Below, piece after piece: positions 37,934 through 48,050 of a stretch of 64,000 nt of DNA (its first letter is position 1; each line of letters begins with the position of its first letter). Origin of the DNA: Promethearchaeota archaeon. GTDB lineage: Archaea; Asgardarchaeota; Thorarchaeia; Thorarchaeales; Thorarchaeaceae. The notes under the pieces were generated by a model. That model saw only the letters and a list, made by a program, of their open reading frames with translations. It was not told the DNA's origin and ran no database searches. The stretch covers positions 64,001 through 128,000 of the forward strand of contig WJMJ01000059.1 of NCBI GenBank assembly GCA_014728035.1, given 5' to 3'. The position numbers and the translations under genes were made by a program.

Positions 37934-38473
37934 TTGCTTGAGTGGATACTACTTTATTCGTTCTATCTACTAGCTGGTTTCACTTTGAAGTTAGGAGATG
38001 ATTTTCTCGATGAGCTTGACAGACCCAACTTGTCTTGGATTTTCTTATCTTTGTCCGGTGCTTTTTTTGCGTATATAATTACTAACTCAGAATACGATAT
38101 GGTTCTGCTGACTTCCATAATTATTGGTGTGGTCATTTCTGGAAAAGTGAACAGGCCCCAATTTTCTATGGGTTTCATCCTAATTGCAGTAGGATTTTTG
38201 ATACGAGGGATCCCAGTTGTGACAGATTGGCTTGAATGGTTAGCTATTCTACTAATCCTCTTGCTAGCAGCGGTTTTGGACGAGAAAGGAAATGATTGGA
38301 CTGTTAGAAGTGCAAATCCAACAGCATCAATATTCTTCAATTACAGATTTTCATTGAAAGTTACCGTTCTGGCAATCTCCTTGGTCTGGCAACTATTCAT
38401 TTTTACCGCAGTTGGTCTATGGATTTTTGATTTGGGATACGAGTTGGCAGGAAAAATCAATCAGAAGATATAG
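37934..38473 (+). CDS. Hypothetical archaeal membrane protein
   Basis: Multi-TM; K.GDD..DE, GKV, LDE.GND motifs. Confidence 0.65.
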   Translation: MLEWILLYSFYLLAGFTLKLGDDFLDELDRPNLSWIFLSLSGAFFAYIITNSEYDMVLLTSIIIGVVISGKVNRPQFSMGFILIAVGFLIRGIPVVTDWLEWLAILLILLLAAVLDEKGNDWTVRSANPTASIFFNYRFSLKVTVLAISLVWQLFIFTAVGLWIFDLGYELAGKINQKI

Positions 38474-39515
38474 TTTGGTATGAAAGACTGCAACAAATAT
38501 CTTTGAAATTTGGCTTCAAACCGACCTCTCTTGCAAAATCCACCCCCTCCTGACTGATATATGCTATCCCATTTACTCCAGCACGAATTGCATATCTATC
38601 GGATTTAACCTTGTGATGTCCAATTGGTCTGGCACATCCTAGAAGAAGAGGTGTCTTTGGAAATCCCAGACGTGCAATCGTCAAGATTCGTCCGGTCACA
38701 CTCGGAGATGGTGGTGTTACATTTGCCATGGGCGTTCCACGAACCGGGTTCAGAATTATAATAACAATTCCCGCGGGATAGAATTCTGATATCATAGTTA
38801 GTGCATCCAGTTCTCCATTGATCTTCCCATAGTCGAGACCAATCAACACATGAGGAACAGATGGAACCTTGTATTCGTCAAGTAGACGCAAAGATTCACG
38901 AATTCGTTTTGGGCCATCTGTAAGATGGTAAACACGGTGCGAAACATCAGGATTAGCAATCACATCAAGCATAACCGCATCAACCCCTACATCGGCTAAC
39001 ATTGAAACTGAAGACTCTTTTAGAATACCTGTATGAACAACTACTTTGAGACCAAGCTGAGTTTTTACAAAACGAATTGCATCACCAAATCGATCTAATG
39101 GAACACTTCCCTGACTATCAGCACCGCCACTTATGAGAACTCCCTCTCCATTATACTTCTTGACCTCTATGCAGCGTTTAATCAATTCATCTGGAGAGAG
39201 AGTTGGAATCATGCCATTGAGTAGTTTTTTCTGACAGTGATCGCAATTCAAAGAGCATGCTAATCCTGTAACACTTAAAGAAAGGAAATTTCGGGAGTTG
39301 TTAATATGATGGTCATCAATTTGGTATTGGTAAGATGTGGGGCTATAACAGTATAGGGTGTTCCCAAAATTAGAACGGCGTGTGTTGAAAGCAGTTTCTA
39401 AATAGGACTCAAACTCCCTGTCTGATGCAACCAGTACTGAGCTACCTTCAGTCGAAATATCTATGCTCAAAGTAACCACACGGGAAAAATACATCAAGGC
39501 TTTTAGAACTTTCAT
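38457..39515 (-). CDS. Radical SAM protein (biotin-synthase-related, COG1856-like)
   Basis: SVTG.ACSLNCDHC, LISGG, VPHV.IGL, LGCARP. Start probably downstream of 39515. Confidence 0.82.
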   Translation of the reverse strand: MKVLKALMYFSRVVTLSIDISTEGSSVLVASDREFESYLETAFNTRRSNFGNTLYCYSPTSYQYQIDDHHINNSRNFLSLSVTGLACSLNCDHCQKKLLNGMIPTLSPDELIKRCIEVKKYNGEGVLISGGADSQGSVPLDRFGDAIRFVKTQLGLKVVVHTGILKESSVSMLADVGVDAVMLDVIANPDVSHRVYHLTDGPKRIRESLRLLDEYKVPSVPHVLIGLDYGKINGELDALTMISEFYPAGIVIIILNPVRGTPMANVTPPSPSVTGRILTIARLGFPKTPLLLGCARPIGHHKVKSDRYAIRAGVNGIAYISQEGVDFAREVGLKPNFKDICCSLSYQTISSD

Positions 39516-39592
39516 TCAGTACCAAATGATAAGCTACAAGTACTCTTTGCTAATTGGAAAACATACACGGAAAATCTCCGGAGGATATCTAG

Positions 39593-41023
39593 TTGTCGTG
39601 TGAACAAAAGGCTGACCTTGACCTCTTCTTCAAAGCTAAAAGTGTGGCAATATATGGGGCATCCGCAACACCAAATAGTGTGGGACAAGCTATTATCCAG
39701 AACTTCATCAAACCCCAATATACTGGGAAAGTATTTGCAGTTAATCCAAAATACGAGTCTGTTTTAGGGGTAAAGTGTTATCCTACTTTAGTAGACATAC
39801 CCGATCCGATTGATATGGTTGTTTGTGCTGTACCAGCACGGCTCACACCACGGGTTTTCGAAGATATTGCAGAAAAAGGAGTTAAAGCCGCAATTGTGAT
39901 ATCTGGAGGATTTTCAGAAACTGGTCCAAAAGGTGCAATCCTTGAAGATGAGATGTGTATTATAGGCCATGAAAATGATATCAGAATAATAGGTCCAAAT
40001 TGTGTAGGGATAATTGACACACATACACATGTTGATACATTTTTCTTACCCGAGTATAGGTGTGGAAGACCGAAATCAAGCAATGTAGCCAACATATCCT
40101 TGGTTTCGCAATCTGGAGCATTCGCAGCTGCAATTGCGGACTGGACATCTGAACTAGGACTCGGAATCAGCAAAATAATCAGTTTGGGGAATAAATGTGA
40201 TGTTGATGATGACGATTTGTTATGCTATTTGGGTGACGATGATTCAACACAAGTGATCTGTTATTATACTGAAGGATATGACGCGGATAAAGGACGAGTG
40301 TTCTTTGAAACTGCACAACATATTACAAAAAACAAACCTGTTCTTGTTGTGAAGTCGGGGCGCGGGCAGAGGGCAAAAGCTGCTGCCAGTTCGCACACAG
40401 GCTCTCTGGCTGGCTCAGATAGAATTGCTGATGCTGCTTATAGACAGGCAGGTATAATTCGGGCAAACAATTTTGAACAAATGTTCGATATGGCGAAAGC
40501 ACTTGCTATGCAACCTCCAGCAAAAGGTGATCGAGTCCTAATGATTACCAATGGTGGTGGTCTTGGTGTTATGACAACGGATGCTCTAGAATCTGAGGGC
40601 CTTGGAATTCCATCTCCGTCACAAGAGCTTGAAGCGCGATTTGAAGACCGTTTGCCATCATATTGTGCGTGGGGAAATCCTATTGATGTTGTGGGAGATA
40701 CTGATTCTAACCGTTATGATGCCGTTTTTGACGAGGCGATTGCAAGTGGCGAATACGATATTTTTGTTGTTGGAATGCTTTTGCAAACACCAAGTTTAGG
40801 TATGGAAATCACTAATACGATTGCAAATCATCAAAGGAGATCTGGATTGCCTTTTGTGGTTGTATCGATGGGTGGTGGATTTACCACTAAAGCAGGTCAA
40901 ATTATGGAGCTTATGGGCGTACCAACTTATGCGACTGGTGAAAAAGCAGCATTAGCTGCACGGGCTCTTGTTAGATACGGTGAAATAAAATATGGGAATG
41001 CATTCAAAAAGACTGTTGTCTGA
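39593..41023 (+). CDS. acdA: ADP-forming acyl-CoA synthetase alpha subunit
   Basis: GAS, IIGPNC.G, SQSGA, SHTGSLAG phospho-His, TNGGG. Confidence 0.92.
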   Translation: MSCEQKADLDLFFKAKSVAIYGASATPNSVGQAIIQNFIKPQYTGKVFAVNPKYESVLGVKCYPTLVDIPDPIDMVVCAVPARLTPRVFEDIAEKGVKAAIVISGGFSETGPKGAILEDEMCIIGHENDIRIIGPNCVGIIDTHTHVDTFFLPEYRCGRPKSSNVANISLVSQSGAFAAAIADWTSELGLGISKIISLGNKCDVDDDDLLCYLGDDDSTQVICYYTEGYDADKGRVFFETAQHITKNKPVLVVKSGRGQRAKAAASSHTGSLAGSDRIADAAYRQAGIIRANNFEQMFDMAKALAMQPPAKGDRVLMITNGGGLGVMTTDALESEGLGIPSPSQELEARFEDRLPSYCAWGNPIDVVGDTDSNRYDAVFDEAIASGEYDIFVVGMLLQTPSLGMEITNTIANHQRRSGLPFVVVSMGGGFTTKAGQIMELMGVPTYATGEKAALAARALVRYGEIKYGNAFKKTVV

Positions 41024-41078
41024 GAAACCATAAAAGGATATGATGTTCAGCCAAGAGTGAGCAGAGGACTGAGATAAA

Positions 41079-41813
41079 ATGACGAAAGCCAAGAAGATAT
41101 TTGAAACCGCAAAGAAAGAGGGGCGAACGTTCGTCCTTGAACATGAAGCCAAGGACATAATGAAAGAGTATGATATTCCGATTCCACCATATGATACTGC
41201 ATCAACTGCAGATGAAGCTGTAGAAAAGTCTGAGAAAATTGGATTTCCTGTAGTATTGAAGATTTTATCAAAAGATATTCTTCACAAGTCAGACGCTGGT
41301 GGAGTAAAAATAAATCTCAAAAACGAAGAAGATGTAAGAACTGCTTTTGAAGAAATTATGGAAAGCGCTAAGGAATATGGCAAAGAGAAGGGTATCGATG
41401 TGGATCTCAGTAGAGGAGTATTCATTTCCAGTTTCGCTGAGATGGGGACAGAGGTTATTGTTGGTGTTACAAAGGATCCCCAGTTTGGTCATGCTTTGAT
41501 GTTTGGTCTGGGTGGTATATTTGTAGAGGTTCTGAAAGATGTCACTTTTCGATTAATACCTTTGACAAAAGTTGATGCTATGGAAATGGTCGGTGAAATT
41601 AAAGCCGCTAAGATTCTTGAAGGTGTTAGAGGTCAAGACCCAAGAGATATTGATGCACTTGTAGAAATCATTTTGAAAGTTTCAAAGATGGTCGAAGAAA
41701 ATCCACAAATCAATGAGCTTGACTGCAATCCCACTTTTGTATATTCCAAAGGAAAGGGTGCTCTGGTAGTAGATGCTAGAATCTTGATTGGAGATTCTAA
41801 ATCAGATCATTGA
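41079..41813 (+). CDS. acdB: ADP-forming acyl-CoA synthetase beta subunit
   Basis: GFPVVLK, HKSDAGGV, DPQFG, ELDCNP, VDARI. Confidence 0.93.
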   Translation: MTKAKKIFETAKKEGRTFVLEHEAKDIMKEYDIPIPPYDTASTADEAVEKSEKIGFPVVLKILSKDILHKSDAGGVKINLKNEEDVRTAFEEIMESAKEYGKEKGIDVDLSRGVFISSFAEMGTEVIVGVTKDPQFGHALMFGLGGIFVEVLKDVTFRLIPLTKVDAMEMVGEIKAAKILEGVRGQDPRDIDALVEIILKVSKMVEENPQINELDCNPTFVYSKGKGALVVDARILIGDSKSDH

Positions 41814-42999
41814 TTAATCTGTGAAGAAGAATCAAACCCCTTTTCAGGTCTTTGTATCTAAGCCCCTCTTCATCGGGGGGCATAGTCCCACTAGCGACAA
41901 GCAGCAGAAGGGATACCATTCTAGGAACCAGTCTTGAATATTGAAGTAGAAATTCCCTATTTCCCGTTGAATCTACAATCAAGCCTTCCAATCGTCGAGA
42001 TAGTAGTGATAGACGTTCTTCCAGTCCCTCTCTAGGCTTTAGTCTTTTAAATAATGAAACCACATCCGAATCATTCTGAAAAAGTGTAGTAGAAACGCCG
42101 ATGGAATCCAATAACTCTAAAGACTGAAGAATAAACGATCCATAGTGTTCCTCTTCTATTCGTGCATATCCCATATCTACTGATTTTAGCTGACAAAGCA
42201 GTTTCAAGGAGTTTGTGAGAATAGCACGTGTTGCACTTGTAGGAGAAATAGCTTGTTGGGTTAGAAATTCCGCATGTTTATTCTCCAGTCCCGCAGCTCT
42301 CGATGAATCCAGCTGTTTTTCAAATCCTGGGGAGAACGTGATGACAGCTGCTTGATGTAATTTAGAACTCGTTCCGAGCTTTCGAGTAGCTGTCAATGAA
42401 ATGAAGTCATCATATGGTGTGTAAAAAAGAAGAATTCTTAGAACATCATACGCTATTTCGAAGTCCTCTTCAACAGTTGCAGACCGTCCTTTATTCCTAG
42501 CTGCAAATCCGCTTAGTAGGATCCAGATAGAAACAATACTTTCACATAATTGGTAGGTTTCCTTGTTATCTCCAAGGTCATGTTCACTCAAAAAACGAGA
42601 TAGTCGCTCTGATGCATTATCGATTCGGTTTAGAGTGCTAGATCCCATGTCTACTGCAATTAGAGAAGTTATGAATTCTCTAGGGTCATGAGATGGTGGG
42701 CGGATAACAAATCGTGGCCTTTTTCTGGTAAGACTCCACCATTTAGATGTTGAAGCAAAGATATCCAATGTATCAATTGCAATAGTCAAGTCTGCCATTC
42801 TTGTTTTCTTACGGGTGTCTAGAACTGCAGATAGCTTAGCAAAGACTACGAGAAATTTTGTCAAATGTTCTGAGAGTTTCTGCCCTGAATATATGTGATG
42901 GGAGTATCTTTCAAGAACTCGGCTCATTGCTCCCATTGAATCTCTATCAACTTCAGTTCGTAAAAGATTCTTGTAGACCTCTATCGGCTTTCGCGCCAA
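41797..42999 (-). CDS. Hypothetical protein with four internal helical repeats
   Basis: Repeats of ~100 aa each ending in a helix-turn-(T/I)xxD-helix; no P-loop. Confidence 0.6.
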   Translation of the reverse strand: MARKPIEVYKNLLRTEVDRDSMGAMSRVLERYSHHIYSGQKLSEHLTKFLVVFAKLSAVLDTRKKTRMADLTIAIDTLDIFASTSKWWSLTRKRPRFVIRPPSHDPREFITSLIAVDMGSSTLNRIDNASERLSRFLSEHDLGDNKETYQLCESIVSIWILLSGFAARNKGRSATVEEDFEIAYDVLRILLFYTPYDDFISLTATRKLGTSSKLHQAAVITFSPGFEKQLDSSRAAGLENKHAEFLTQQAISPTSATRAILTNSLKLLCQLKSVDMGYARIEEEHYGSFILQSLELLDSIGVSTTLFQNDSDVVSLFKRLKPREGLEERLSLLSRRLEGLIVDSTGNREFLLQYSRLVPRMVSLLLLVASGTMPPDEEGLRYKDLKRGLILLHRLINDLI

Positions 43000-43099
43000 A
43001 TCTGCTTGTACTCCTTTTTGGTTTTATCTTATCAGGACTGGTTTTCTGAGTTTCAAGCTGAGTTGGGTATGTCTCATATAAAAGACTGTGTCACACAAT

Positions 43100-43867
43100 C
43101 TATTTGCCATAGCGTCTTTGTCTCTGCTCGTAAGAACGCAGAGCTCGCCAAATGTCAATTCGGCGAACTGCGGGCCAATAAATCTGTGCAAAATAAAGTT
43201 CTGAATACGCCGATTGCCAAAGAAGAAAACCGGATAGTCTTTCTTCGCCCGATGTTCTGATAATTAGATCTGGATCTGGAGTGCCTTCAGTGTATAGATG
43301 CTGCTCTATCATAGCCTCATCAATATCGGAAGGGGTTATATTGCCCTCCTGAATCTTCTCACTGATTGCTTTAACTGCATCAACGAGTTCAGCTCGTCCC
43401 GAATAGCCAATTGCTACATTGAGGATATGTTTATCATAATGAGCTGTTTCCTGTTCAGCTATAGTAATAGCTTGTTGTACATCCTCGGGGAGCAAATCAA
43501 CACGTCCAATAGCTTTGATTCGAACTTGATGACGATGTACATCTGGATTACCTACCACCTCGCCGAATTTTTCCTTAGCAATTTCCATTATTTCACTAAC
43601 TTCATCTTCATTTCTTTGAAAATTTTCCATAGAAAAAGTATAGAGTGTACATACTGAAACACCTGCTTCCCAAAGGATTTTGAGCACTTGCATAACCTTC
43701 TGAGCACCAAGACGATGGCCAAACCAAGGAGCATCTGCACCGTGTTCTCTTGCATATCGACGATTTCCATCTAGAATAATCCCAACATGTCTAGGTGCAT
43801 TTTCTTTTCGTAATTGACGAAAAAGCCAATATTCGTAGAGACGATAAACTGGACCTGCTATATTCAA
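43100..43867 (-). CDS. uppS: cis-prenyltransferase (polyprenyl diphosphate synthase)
   Basis: ILDGNRR, FSMENF.R, PDLIIRTSGEERLSGF, RRYG. Confidence 0.95.
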   Translation of the reverse strand: MNIAGPVYRLYEYWLFRQLRKENAPRHVGIILDGNRRYAREHGADAPWFGHRLGAQKVMQVLKILWEAGVSVCTLYTFSMENFQRNEDEVSEIMEIAKEKFGEVVGNPDVHRHQVRIKAIGRVDLLPEDVQQAITIAEQETAHYDKHILNVAIGYSGRAELVDAVKAISEKIQEGNITPSDIDEAMIEQHLYTEGTPDPDLIIRTSGEERLSGFLLWQSAYSELYFAQIYWPAVRRIDIWRALRSYEQRQRRYGK

Positions 43868-43938
43868 TTGGAATTTACACTCTCATAAGTATCTGAAAGA
43901 TGTGCATCTATGAGTTTTGTGTTGATACTACAAATGTA

Positions 43939-44310
43939 TCAAATCATTGTTGCAATCTTTTCTGCCGCTCGTTTCATCTCAAGAAAAATGATTCCCAGTT
44001 TAGCATTTGCTGTTGTAGAAACAGTTAGACAAGCATTCATTCCCGCTTGAACAACAAGGAGCCAACCATCTATTCCTTTGATGTTTACCTGCTCAAGATC
44101 TCCTTTTCCAAGTTCGATTGATGCTTTCTCTCCAAGGGTTAACATAGCAGCTGTCATGGCTGCAACCTTTGCCTCATCTACATCGGTGGGCAAAGCAGAT
44201 ACGATAGGAAGTCCCTCAACGCTAACAATAGCACACGCTTCAATCTCAGGAATACTTCCCTGTAATTCGTTTAGTACGCTTTCAAGTGTATCTCCACGGG
44301 ATTCTGACAT
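43939..44310 (-). CDS. Roadblock/LC7 domain protein
   Basis: IVSVEGLPIVS, VAAMTAAM..LG, LG.I. Confidence 0.92.
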   Translation of the reverse strand: MSESRGDTLESVLNELQGSIPEIEACAIVSVEGLPIVSALPTDVDEAKVAAMTAAMLTLGEKASIELGKGDLEQVNIKGIDGWLLVVQAGMNACLTVSTTANAKLGIIFLEMKRAAEKIATMI

Positions 44311-44467
44311 TTGGCCTCACCTTAGTATCATCTAGGAAGTCAATATTCCATAGGTCACATTTCGTTCACTGTGAAAGAACATATAAGCTCTTCTGGGGTC
44401 ACTCCGTGAATTGCGCAATGTGATATATTCCATGGTACATATTTCTAAATCGAATGAATAAATTTGT

Positions 44468-45043
44468 CTATTTGTACATTCGTTTTAGAATTACTTCACG
44501 AGCAATCGCTTGGAAAGCTCTTTTAACGCCTACACCTTGGATTGCAATCGTTTCATAGATTGGAACATTGCCACCTAAGCCTAAGAGATCAAGCATCTCA
44601 TCACGGGACATCCGATTGGGAAGGTCTCGCTTGTTCAACATGACTACAATAGGAATCTCACGACCAAGTGCATCGCCCAAAAAAAGTTTGAGCTCTTCAA
44701 AGCTCTCCACATTTTCGTCGCGTTGGTCCGGAGATGAGTCAGCTACAAAAAGTAGACCATCAGTTCCCTGAAGTACAACCTTTCTTTGATGTCTATGTCT
44801 TTTCTGTCCTGCAACTGTGAAGACATCAAATAGTACTCTTCCACCAGCACTCATAGGCACATAGTCAAAGAATAGAGTCCTATTGGTTTCATCTTCAATA
44901 GCAGTGAACTCTCCCTTTTGTAACCCTTCGACTTTTCCATAAAGCCAACGAAGAGCTGTTGTTTTGCCTCCTAGGCTAGGGCCGTAGAATACTAATTTCA
45001 GATGGATTCTGCCACGATCGTCCTTTCTCATTGGTGGGTTCAC
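44468..45043 (-). CDS. MglA-type small GTPase
   Basis: KLVFYGPSLGGKTT, RTLFFD (intrinsic Arg finger), TVAGQ, FVADS, NKRDL. Confidence 0.9.
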   Translation of the reverse strand: MNPPMRKDDRGRIHLKLVFYGPSLGGKTTALRWLYGKVEGLQKGEFTAIEDETNRTLFFDYVPMSAGGRVLFDVFTVAGQKRHRHQRKVVLQGTDGLLFVADSSPDQRDENVESFEELKLFLGDALGREIPIVVMLNKRDLPNRMSRDEMLDLLGLGGNVPIYETIAIQGVGVKRAFQAIAREVILKRMYK

Positions 45044-45300
45044 CTCATGTTACAGATACAGATTACACGAGTTTTGTACCGACAAGTCGGTACATTTCGG
45101 TTGAGAGGGATTATTGCTCAGCACAGATATGTACTGAATCCCGTCTTTAGTCCCGCATTAGGCGGTTAATTGTTTTAGAAATGTTGTCTCATAAAAGCCT
45201 ATTGAGTTTAGTCTCAACAAATGATTCCAGAAAAAGGAATATATTCAGAATGTGCATAGTACACTCTAAGCTGAAAGAGGAACACACCCTGAATTTTCCT

Positions 45301-45768
45301 TTAGACTCGTTCTAATTCAGCTAATGCTGACTTCAAATCTTCTTCGTCTAGCTCCCGATCTTTAGCAGGAGTAGATGGTTCAACTGCAAGGAATTTGTCA
45401 AGCTCTTCAGCAAGTTGGACACCTTGTTTCTTCATAAGAAGACGAATAAGTCCAATATTGACTTCGGCTTCGGAAACAACACATAGAACACCTTTACCAC
45501 AGGCTGAGGCAAAGATTTTCCCTTCTGAGAATTCAGACGTCACAATTTCTAACTCGCCAATCTGGAGGTTCTTACCTTGTTCCTCGCTGGCACAGAACAC
45601 TGCACTAGCAATAGCGCCTATACTATCCACATCAACAGGATAGTAACTCAGCTTACTTACATTTGCAATAGTTAAACCAGTCTTGTCAACAAGAATGACT
45701 TTTCGAATTCCTTTTTCTTGGCGAATAATGTCAGTGAGAATCTTATCGAATACTTTCGGTTCGCTCAT
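45301..45768 (-). CDS. Roadblock/LC7 (MglB-like) protein with acidic C-terminal helix
   Basis: LVDKTGLTIA, GAIASAVF, NIGLIRL. Confidence 0.88.
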   Translation of the reverse strand: MSEPKVFDKILTDIIRQEKGIRKVILVDKTGLTIANVSKLSYYPVDVDSIGAIASAVFCASEEQGKNLQIGELEIVTSEFSEGKIFASACGKGVLCVVSEAEVNIGLIRLLMKKQGVQLAEELDKFLAVEPSTPAKDRELDEEDLKSALAELERV

Positions 45769-45790
45769 TGGATAACCCCTCTTTCAGCCT

Positions 45791-46081
45791 TTATTTCAGG
45801 ACTACTAATATGAGCCCTTCACTAGGTTCAGGTGCGATATTAATCTGACCCTGGGAGGTATCCAGTGTCAGAAATGATAAACTTCCCTCCCGTAATTCAC
45901 GAACAGCATCTAATGCTTTTCCTACGAGAGAGGTGATGATTGCAGCGACAGTTTCAGTGGTTTCAGGATCCAAATCGCTACTTAATGGAAGTCCTTCCAT
46001 GGTAGTGACTACTACGCCACGAACGCCATCTTGACCCTTAATCTTCTTGATTATCGCTTGTAATTTCTCTTGACTTATCAC
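45791..46081 (-). CDS. Roadblock/LC7 domain protein
   Basis: GVVVTTMEGLPL.S, AAIITSL. Confidence 0.9.
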   Translation of the reverse strand: MISQEKLQAIIKKIKGQDGVRGVVVTTMEGLPLSSDLDPETTETVAAIITSLVGKALDAVRELREGSLSFLTLDTSQGQINIAPEPSEGLILVVLK

Positions 46082-46245
46082 TTAGAGAATCTCCAAATCA
46101 GTTAATCGTGCAATCAGCAATCTATACCCTGCGATTGACTATTTTAGACTTGTGGAGGTGTGTTCCTGAAAATACATCTCTTTTGCGCAATTCGCTCCAT
46201 TTTGAAAGAAAAATGACTGCGCCTCGAATGGCACAGTCCAATACT

Positions 46246-47871
46246 TCATTCCTCCTCATCTTCCTCAAACATCTCTCTTGAACTTCTACGCATTTGGGCA
46301 AGACTTTCTGTGAATGCCTCATCAGAAACTTCAGAGGGAGCTGAAGCTGAAGCAGCTTTGAGCTTCTTTTCTTGATGCTCAATTTCTGCTTCCTCTTTTT
46401 CAAGAGCACGTTCAATTTTGTCAAAAGCTTTCTTGATTTTCTTTGGTGCTTTCATTTCTCGCTTCTTTAGTGCTGATCTGAAAGATGCAATACGTTCTCT
46501 GCCAGATGCTCTATCTCCTCTAAATGACTCTTCTCCTGCTTTTTGAGTGACAAAAGTAGCACCAACAGTTGGATCAAGTGTATCAATGATTTCTTCTTCT
46601 TTATCTGCTACCTTTAATCTAGTAGTTACTGACCGTAATCTTCTCGCACCAGTTTCATCTGTATAGGCTACTTGGACTTGAATAGGAATTTCCTCCTGTT
46701 CGATCTCATCTTCTGGCTCTACCTCGACATATAGTTCATGTTCGTTACCTACAACAGCAATCTTGCTTTCACTTTTCTTCTTCAAATCTTCAATAACAGC
46801 ATGAGATATCCCAGATGCGTCTTTCAATTTTACTCCCGCAGGCGTAATCAGTCGTACTTCAACATCTCGTCCAAGAAGAGAAGCTCCTGCAAGGCGCGAA
46901 AGACTGCGGTCCAGTTCATTTGGTGTGACATAATACATCTGTCCATTTGTTGCTTCAGGCATGAGACCAAGTGTTTTGAGTTCCATTCCTGCACCAGATG
47001 CAATACCAACAACATCAATTGCAGTTCCAAGCTCACTAAACATTGAACCAATTGATTCGTAAAACTTAGATGCTGGGGTTACTTGATATCCTTCAAGAGC
47101 GCCAATTCCTTCGTTCGCAAGACCATCAGTAAGAATTACAACACGACCGACATTACGATGTTTTGCAATAACATATGCCATTGCAACTGCTGGGCCAAGG
47201 GCTGTTCCGCCCATATCTCGTAAAGCTTGAACATGTTGTTTCACTTTTTCGGAATTCTTTCCAATATGGACAAGATTGAATTTGTCAAGCAAACTTTTGG
47301 TGCTCTCTACAATACTATCTAGACTTGCATAAGTTTCACGGGGTAATACTATTGGCTCTCCAGTTTGAAGATTACGAAAAACAACCGAACTTTCGAATTC
47401 GATAAGACCGAACATCGTATCTGGTGAGTTTGCTGCAAGACTCTCAATAGATGTACTAAGACTTCTCTTTACAGCTGATAGATTCACTCCGGACATAGAA
47501 CCAGATACATCGATTAATGCAATGAATGATTTACCCCCGACCGGGACAGCATCAGTCACTGTATCAGTTTGCTCTGGGGCTGGAGAAATCACAAAGTCTG
47601 ACTCATTTCCAGCAAAGACTACTTCTCCCTCTATGACATTCAAAGTACTACAGAAAGGACATATGAAATGCTTACCAATCTTGGGATTTTCTTTGATTTG
47701 ATCTACACTAATTAGAAACCCATTACATTTGTGACAAGCAATAGGTTTACCGACAATCTTAGTCACATCACGTGCAAGATCCCTGAACTCCACGCGAAGA
47801 ACATAAGGTATGTCTTTCAAAACTTTCTTTGAGGCGGGAAACGCCTCAGAACTGGTTCTCAACATAGGCAT
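46246..47871 (-). CDS. Sec23/Sec24-like protein (Zn finger + vWA trunk + beta-sandwich + helical)
   Basis: CHKC...FICPFCSTLN Zn finger; IDVSGSM MIDAS, GGTALGPA, LTDGLANEG.G; RRLRS.T. ATG 47871 likely. Confidence 0.82.
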   Translation of the reverse strand: MPMLRTSSEAFPASKKVLKDIPYVLRVEFRDLARDVTKIVGKPIACHKCNGFLISVDQIKENPKIGKHFICPFCSTLNVIEGEVVFAGNESDFVISPAPEQTDTVTDAVPVGGKSFIALIDVSGSMSGVNLSAVKRSLSTSIESLAANSPDTMFGLIEFESSVVFRNLQTGEPIVLPRETYASLDSIVESTKSLLDKFNLVHIGKNSEKVKQHVQALRDMGGTALGPAVAMAYVIAKHRNVGRVVILTDGLANEGIGALEGYQVTPASKFYESIGSMFSELGTAIDVVGIASGAGMELKTLGLMPEATNGQMYYVTPNELDRSLSRLAGASLLGRDVEVRLITPAGVKLKDASGISHAVIEDLKKKSESKIAVVGNEHELYVEVEPEDEIEQEEIPIQVQVAYTDETGARRLRSVTTRLKVADKEEEIIDTLDPTVGATFVTQKAGEESFRGDRASGRERIASFRSALKKREMKAPKKIKKAFDKIERALEKEEAEIEHQEKKLKAASASAPSEVSDEAFTESLAQMRRSSREMFEEDEEE

Positions 47872-48050
47872 TTGAGATTCGACTCCAAAACAATTGAGTG
47901 TGATTACTCCGAAATCTATTAAATTCATCGACGCGCTACTTGTTAATAGCAGGTAGAAGCAAAAATTAGACTATCGCCACATAAAATATAAACGCAGTTA
48001 ATAACATGCACATTATGTAAATACATGACCTCCGCGGAGTAAGAATAGAC

